In this document: positions 27,261 through 32,000 of the stretch, one piece after another
How the letters are laid out: every line of letters starts with the position of its first letter
How positions within the stretch are numbered: position 1 is the stretch's first letter
Notes under the pieces: model-generated
What the model was told of the DNA's origin: nothing
The model's database searches: none
The model's input: only the letters and a program-made list of their open reading frames with translations
Position numbers and translations under genes: made by a program
Source: Caldivirga maquilingensis IC-167
GTDB lineage: Archaea > Thermoproteota > Thermoprotei > Thermoproteales > Thermocladiaceae
Assembly (NCBI RefSeq): GCF_000018305.1
Contig: NC_009954.1
Span: 1,560,001-1,592,000 of the forward strand
Direction: 5' to 3'
Length of the DNA: 32,000 bases

Positions 27261-27817
27261 GAGGAATGAGGACGCGTACTGTAATCCTAGTAATCGCATC
27301 TATAGTAGTCCTTTCAACAGTAGTATACTTATTCACTAGACCAACAAGGACTACAGGTGTTTCAGTGGGTTATTATGCACCAGACTCTAGCTTTGAGTTA
27401 ATCAATGGCACAAGCGTTAAACTATATGACTTCCTAAACCATGGTCACTACGTTCTAGTTTACTTCGTATCCACCTGGTGCAGTGACTGCGCCATTGGGT
27501 TAATAATGCTTAGCCATAGGCTGGAGCCCATACTACAGTCACATAATGTGATTGTCCTAGTTCTTGAGAATTATAATGACTTAGGTTACCAGGGTGAACC
27601 CGTTAATGAGTTTGTTAGCTACTTTGCAGGTAATTCATCAAAGTACTTTACCGTGGGTATTGCAAGCCTTAAGATGACTGAGACCTATAATCCAGAGGGT
27701 TACCCAGAAATCTACTATTTAATAGCACCCAATGGTAAGATAATTTACGAGAACACGGACCTAGCCGGCACCTATAATTCCTTAATCAGCATCGTAAATG
27801 GGCTTGGGAACTCATAA
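27257..27817 (+). CDS. Membrane-anchored TlpA/ResA-like thioredoxin-fold protein
   Basis: An N-terminal TM anchor is followed by YAPDSSFELINGTSVKLYDFLNHGHYVLVYFVSTWCSDC (W-C-x-x-C redoxin motif). GTGA overlap with the upstream membrane gene. Confidence 0.7.
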   Translation: MRGMRTRTVILVIASIVVLSTVVYLFTRPTRTTGVSVGYYAPDSSFELINGTSVKLYDFLNHGHYVLVYFVSTWCSDCAIGLIMLSHRLEPILQSHNVIVLVLENYNDLGYQGEPVNEFVSYFAGNSSKYFTVGIASLKMTETYNPEGYPEIYYLIAPNGKIIYENTDLAGTYNSLISIVNGLGNS

Positions 27818-28174
27818 GCCACGATTTAAATTAACACTCACCTTCTCCTCATTAATTACATCACACGCTAATATCGACCTACTATTCCTCATGGCATGCT
27901 CAATGGCTAGTTTCACAATACTAGCCACGGCATCATTTGCTATTGAGTAGTATGAGTACTTACCCCTCCTCTCCACCTTAACCACACCGCAATTCCTTAA
28001 GCAAGCCAAGTGATGGGAGATTAGGGATTGAGACCTCCCAAGAGCCTTAGTAATCTCCTGAACAGAGGATGAACCATGATTAAGGAGAAAAAGCACAATC
28101 TCAAGCCTACTCCTATCTGATAATGCGGTAAAGAACATCTCCAACGCCATCAACAACGGCTCCCTCCCACTCAT
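27812..28174 (-). CDS. ArsR/SmtB-family metalloregulator, candidate regulator of the mer cluster
   Basis: ALSDRSRLEIVLFLL...SVQEITKALGRSQSLISHHLACLRNCGVV is the canonical ArsR HTH. Cysteines occur in and after the recognition helix (C-x3-C) plus one C-terminal Cys. Confidence 0.8.
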   Translation of the reverse strand: MSGREPLLMALEMFFTALSDRSRLEIVLFLLNHGSSSVQEITKALGRSQSLISHHLACLRNCGVVKVERRGKYSYYSIANDAVASIVKLAIEHAMRNSRSILACDVINEEKVSVNLNRGL

Positions 28175-28299
28175 TAAACCATGAGAACCTTAGCATTTAA
28201 TAAATCTTTCGCACCGCCACACACAACACCCAACGAAGACCTACAGTAATCTAAAAGCAGTACAAAACATATTCCTCCTTCTAATCCCTTTAGAATCTC

Positions 28300-28508
28300 A
28301 ATAAAATTAAATATATACTCTATATATTATCATCGGCACAGTTTCATTATCATTCTTCATTTCTTTCAATTAGCACAACCATTGGGGGGCTTCATTACAC
28401 CATCAGCACAGGAATGTGAGAGCACAGAATAACAGAATGGTTGTGCCAATGATAAACAAAGCAAACCATGAAGAAAAACTTAAAAAACCTAAAAAAGCTG
28501 ATAACACA
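28300..28508 (+). promoter_or_regulatory. CRISPR leader 2 (inverted copy of leader 1)
   Basis: It abuts repeat 1 of array 2 and aligns with the reverse complement of 23383..23590. For example, aatggttgtgccaatgataaacaaagcaaaccatgaagaaaaacttaaaaaacctaaaaaagctgata is shared. Confidence 0.75.
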
Positions 28509-29276
28509 GAAAATCCCAAAAGGGATTAGAAAGCCGCAGACGTTGCTCAGCTTGTTTAACAGTTTAGCGAAGCCGCGAAAATCCCAAAAGGGATTAGAAA
28601 GGATAAGGCCACGGTTTCAAGTACATTGAGGAATCGTTACAATGAAAATCCCAAAAGGGATTAGAAAGTGTATGATAATTCCACCTTAGTGCTAGTTCCC
28701 CATGAACCTAGAAAATCCCAAAAGGGATTAGAAAGGGCGTATAATTGAGTACCGTTACTGAACATGAACTTGAGGAAAATCCCCAAAAGGGATTAGAAAG
28801 TGTAGTAACGTGGAAATAAAGGTACACTTGTAGCAGGTAGAAAATCCCAAAAGGGATTAGAAAGTTGTGGTCGTAGAAGTCGAAACCTAACCCTATTAAG
28901 TCTCGAAAATCCCAAGAGGGATTAGAAAGTTTACAAAATCCTCAAATCCCTCAAATTTTTCCATAGGGAATCAAGGAAAATCCCAAGAGGGATTAGAAAG
29001 TAATTACAGCTGTGAACTCAGGAAACATAAAATATATATCACTGAAAATCCCAAGAGGGATTAGAAAGGCTTATGATGATTGCCGTTGATGGTAAGACAT
29101 AATTAATCACTGAAAATCCCAAGAGGGATTAGAAAGTTATCACTACTCCAATGCAATGAACCCAGCAAGTCTTCATACTCATGAAAATCCCAAGAGGGAT
29201 TAGAAAGATAACTTATGCTAGGTATTTCAATTACCCAATGGTCATGCCTATGTAAATCCCAAAAGGAATTAGAAGG
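28509..29276 (+). CRISPR. CRISPR array 2: 12 repeats (the last degenerate) and 11 spacers, transcribed on the plus strand
   Basis: Repeats GAAAATCCCAA[A/G]AGGGATTAGAAAG at 28509, 28577, 28644, 28711, 28775 (26 bp, extra C), 28840, 28905, 28976, 29044, 29112 and 29183. The degenerate terminal repeat GTAAATCCCAAAAGGAATTAGAAGG is at 29252. Spacers are 43, 42, 42, 39, 39, 40, 46, 43, 43, 46 and 44 bp. Confidence 0.95.
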
Positions 29277-29301
29277 GTATTAAATCGGCTAGGATGTTGG
29301 T

Positions 29302-30198
29302 TTATGATTGTAGTGTGTTTATTAGTTTCTGGATCCATTCTCTGGGTTTTATGATGCCTTCTTCGTTAGTTACTAGACCTCTTTCTATTAGGTCGTTTAC
29401 GTCTATTCCCATTTGCTTTAAGATGTTTTGCAGTGTTCCGTTGCCTATTATTTTTAATGCCTCTATGTATTTTTCCTGTATTGTTAGTGGTAGTTTCGGT
29501 AATTCCACTATGCTTTTGAATGATTCATGCATGTAGATTATTTTCCAAGCACCGGTTAATTGGGCTACTAGGGCTATATACGCTGTTTCTGGTTTATAGC
29601 CTGCTGTGGCATTGACTACTACCTTGTACCCACTACGTGTTTTGTTTATTATTAGTCTGGCGAATTTATTCACTAGTTCTATTAATCCTTCGTTAAACCA
29701 GTTTATGTCTCTTCCAAGATCCTTTACGACTATTGGTTCATCAACCTTAGGTTTAATGTTGATTCCAGCCTTCTGCATGAATTCATTTCCGTAACGGTCT
29801 AGGTACTCCTTGATTACCTGTGCGCAGAATTTCCCCGTGCCTGTATCCGTGGGGTATAGGTAAATCTCCAACTCCTCAAACTGCCTGTATGGGAAATCCA
29901 GGAGAAACCTTATCAATGTATTTAACTCTGCACTAGTCCCCTCTGGGTTATTCCTCACGAACTCTATAGTCTTCTCGAAAAACGAATCACCCCTATGCCT
30001 CATGTGTTCAATCTTCTCCTGAAGCGGATCATCAGGGCCTAGTTTACTCAGTTTTCCCTCCTTTAACTTTGCCTGTATCTCTTCAGGAATCCCCGTGAGG
30101 TCTATGGTACTCACACCCCTTTCTATGTCATTTCTTATAGTAGCTTCCATGTTAGATAGTATGCTTGTACCTACGGTGCTTAGAACCGCTAACTTCAC
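29302..30198 (-). CDS. CARF-domain protein (Cas_APE2256-like) with a probable C-terminal winged-helix domain
   Basis: The MKLAVLSTVGTSILSN N-terminus, SAELNTL and VVVNATAGYKPE (the CARF N-x-T-G-G-x-K-like motif). The C-terminal roughly 60 aa (IEALKIIGNGTLQNILKQMGIDVNDLIERGLV) look like an HTH. The GTG start is preceded by an ATAAATTAAA TATA box at about 25 nt. Confidence 0.6.
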   Translation of the reverse strand: MKLAVLSTVGTSILSNMEATIRNDIERGVSTIDLTGIPEEIQAKLKEGKLSKLGPDDPLQEKIEHMRHRGDSFFEKTIEFVRNNPEGTSAELNTLIRFLLDFPYRQFEELEIYLYPTDTGTGKFCAQVIKEYLDRYGNEFMQKAGINIKPKVDEPIVVKDLGRDINWFNEGLIELVNKFARLIINKTRSGYKVVVNATAGYKPETAYIALVAQLTGAWKIIYMHESFKSIVELPKLPLTIQEKYIEALKIIGNGTLQNILKQMGIDVNDLIERGLVTNEEGIIKPREWIQKLINTLQS

Positions 30199-30336
30199 AG
30201 TGTTACTGTAGTATACTTTAATTTATTAGTTTTTCCTTTATGACTATAATGTTCTTTACCCTTATACTCAAGATATTGATTTAACGTAAAACTTAGTAAT
30301 TTAACATTAATAAAGAAGACGCGTGCAATACCTTAG
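30199..30336. promoter_or_regulatory. Divergent promoter region between the CARF-wHTH gene and csx1
   Basis: TTAATAAA (30307-30314) lies about 27 nt upstream of csx1 ATG 30337. On the opposite strand, ATAAATTAAA (about 30219-30228) lies about 25 nt upstream of GTG 30198. Both genes look leaderless. Confidence 0.4.
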
Positions 30337-32000
30337 ATGAGTAGTGGAGATTCCGAGGAAAGAGTCTTAGTACTGGCACCTTGGGGTTTACCCACTCTTT
30401 GGGATGAAGTTAATTACGTAATCCCCAGGGTTAGTGAGAGTGGTGGGAAATTATGCGTTAGGCCCATTAATATTGAGTGGAATGATGTGGATAAAGTTAA
30501 GAGTTATACTTCATTGGCTGGAGTCCTACGTTACATCACTAATGCTGGCCATAAAGGCTTTATTGACGTGATAATCATGGGCTTGGATACATTGGCATTC
30601 CCAGATACGCGTAGTCAAAGTGGAAACTGCAACGTAGTGGGGATTCTTAGTGATTTTACCAATACTCTACGTAATGGTAAAGTTAACTACCGTGATATTG
30701 AGAACACAGCTTATTCACTCCTTAAGAATTGTATTTCTCAATACCTTGGTGGTTTCAATAGTAAAGCTGATAAAATCAATATTGAGGTCGAGATACTGCC
30801 CGGTACAGGAACCTACAGAGCCGGTAACTTTAATGCAAGGTTTATGGGCGGCATCAACAATCTGAACTTCACCATGCTATATAAGCTATACAATAAGGTT
30901 AGATACAATAAGTACAGTGCCATTATTATCGACATAACACATGGTGTGAATTACTTACCCATGATAACGTACATGGCTGCTCAGTTAATAGCCAAGTACC
31001 TGAGTGCCAGGGATAATAAGGATATATGCTTAATAACCTTTAATGCAGACCCAATCTCAAGACAAAAAACAGAAGCCACACAGGAGCGAAGACTCAACAT
31101 AATCGAGATGCAAAACATAAGTATTGAACCTCATGAATTCCTCAAAGAGTTAACTGGTAGGTTAAATAAGGAGAAGATCTTTAGAATTGTGAGAACTAAT
31201 CATGATAAGGATAAGATAAACAAATTAAATAAGTTGAATAATAATTATGAAGATATACGACGCCGCTTAAATCCATCGAGGATTACCACATCTCTTGAGT
31301 ATGGTTTTGCACTTTACCTAGTTACTTATCTACGCAAAAATAACCTAACACATGTGAAGGATCTGGAGGAGTTATCAAGGAATATTTCGAATTTATGCGA
31401 TGAAATTTACAACTATATGAATGAGGCAGTTGATATTAGTATTAATAATAATGAGGTTCTCATTTCGAGGATTTACGATTTTGAGACTTCACCGCTGTTA
31501 TTATCCATGGCTTTTGACGTGGTGAGAAACAGGGTCATTAACGTATTGAACCTTGATCAATTAATGGATAATGAGGGTGGTATAGATATTGAATATCTAT
31601 TGAAGATACCGGTTAGCAGTGTAGCTGACACAATACTTAGTAATGAGGTTGATTCAATTAAGCGTGCAGCTGAGTTATTTAGGGATGTTGCTGTTAACTT
31701 ACTGGGTATGAATAAAGGAATCCTGGGTGGTTATGTGAAATACGGAAATATCCATGATTTTGTGAATAAATCCATCATAGACATAGGGCGTAGGTCTAAT
31801 GATATTCGTGAGGAGATTAAGAATTATTCATGCGATAACCAAGATTCACATGATGATTCCGAGTGTAGGTTCAACGATAGGAATTTTATTGCTCATGCTG
31901 GTCTTGAGAGAAATATCACATGTATTAAAATCAGTGGCGATAAAGTATTCATTAAGTATATTGATAAGTGCTTCGAAGATATTGATAAGCACATGGAGAA
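30337..32000 (+). CDS. csx1: Csx1-family CARF-HEPN protein (DxTHG-motif family), 3'-partial, absent from the ORF track
   Basis: The hand-translated frame is open from ATG 30337 to the window end (554 codons, no stop). It has an N-terminal RVLVLAPWGLP strand, the DITHGVN DxTHG motif (30931-30945) and the HEPN R-N-x-x-x-H motif RNFIAHAGLE (31879-31896). Confidence 0.8.
   Translation, partial: MSSGDSEERVLVLAPWGLPTLWDEVNYVIPRVSESGGKLCVRPINIEWNDVDKVKSYTSLAGVLRYITNAGHKGFIDVIIMGLDTLAFPDTRSQSGNCNVVGILSDFTNTLRNGKVNYRDIENTAYSLLKNCISQYLGGFNSKADKINIEVEILPGTGTYRAGNFNARFMGGINNLNFTMLYKLYNKVRYNKYSAIIIDITHGVNYLPMITYMAAQLIAKYLSARDNKDICLITFNADPISRQKTEATQERRLNIIEMQNISIEPHEFLKELTGRLNKEKIFRIVRTNHDKDKINKLNKLNNNYEDIRRRLNPSRITTSLEYGFALYLVTYLRKNNLTHVKDLEELSRNISNLCDEIYNYMNEAVDISINNNEVLISRIYDFETSPLLLSMAFDVVRNRVINVLNLDQLMDNEGGIDIEYLLKIPVSSVADTILSNEVDSIKRAAELFRDVAVNLLGMNKGILGGYVKYGNIHDFVNKSIIDIGRRSNDIREEIKNYSCDNQDSHDDSECRFNDRNFIAHAGLERNITCIKISGDKVFIKYIDKCFEDIDKHME

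Noticed and set aside
29294-29794. Plus-strand track ORFs 29294..29536 and 29606..29794
   Set aside because: They are antisense shadows of the CARF gene and have no motifs.
30650-30865. 71-aa track ORF
   Set aside because: It lies out of frame inside the long csx1 reading frame, which carries the DxTHG and HEPN motifs.
23088-32000. Search for cas1, cas2, cas3, cas5, cas7, cas10 or transposase/integrase genes in or near the CRISPR locus
   Set aside because: No ORF in the window shows their hallmark motifs. This absence is reported as an observation and no such feature is called.

Overview
The window looks like a crenarchaeal chromosome segment, probably Thermoproteales-like. The clues are TATA boxes about 25 nt upstream of start codons (leaderless genes), Thr-rich stalks on membrane-anchored proteins, and a 25-bp CRISPR repeat ending in ATTAGAAAG. 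This lineage call is an inference only. Positions 1-22980 are mostly housekeeping or accessory metabolism. They hold a DsrE-like gene and a putative copper module (sulfocyanin-like cupredoxin, CPC/His-rich mini membrane protein, membrane-tethered wHTH regulator). They also hold an archaeal AAA ATPase, a GC-richer 3-gene cassette (ArsR, small membrane protein, DUF4097-like) bracketed by 69-bp direct repeats, a dienelactone hydrolase and an APC permease. The rest are two large membrane-anchored glycoprotein-like ORFs, an Opp-class solute-binding protein with a Gfo/Idh/MocA plus xylose-isomerase-fold sugar cluster, a CocE/NonD hydrolase and a divergent NRAMP-like transporter. Positions 23088-32000 are a CRISPR-Cas locus with an unusual layout. 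Two arrays (5 and 12 repeats) read outward from inverted, near-identical leaders of about 200 bp. The core between the leaders has no cas1 or cas2. It contains a 5'-truncated cas4 fused to an orphan repeat and leader fragment, a cas6, and a complete-looking mercury-resistance cluster. That cluster has a TRASH-domain ORF missing from the ORF track, merA, a divergent CC-motif membrane protein with a TlpA-like thioredoxin, and an ArsR/SmtB regulator. Downstream of array 2 lie a CARF-wHTH protein and, divergently, a Csx1-type CARF-HEPN gene (DxTHG and RNxxxH motifs). The Csx1 gene runs off the window end and is also missing from the ORF track. All calls rest on reading motifs by eye; no database search was possible.
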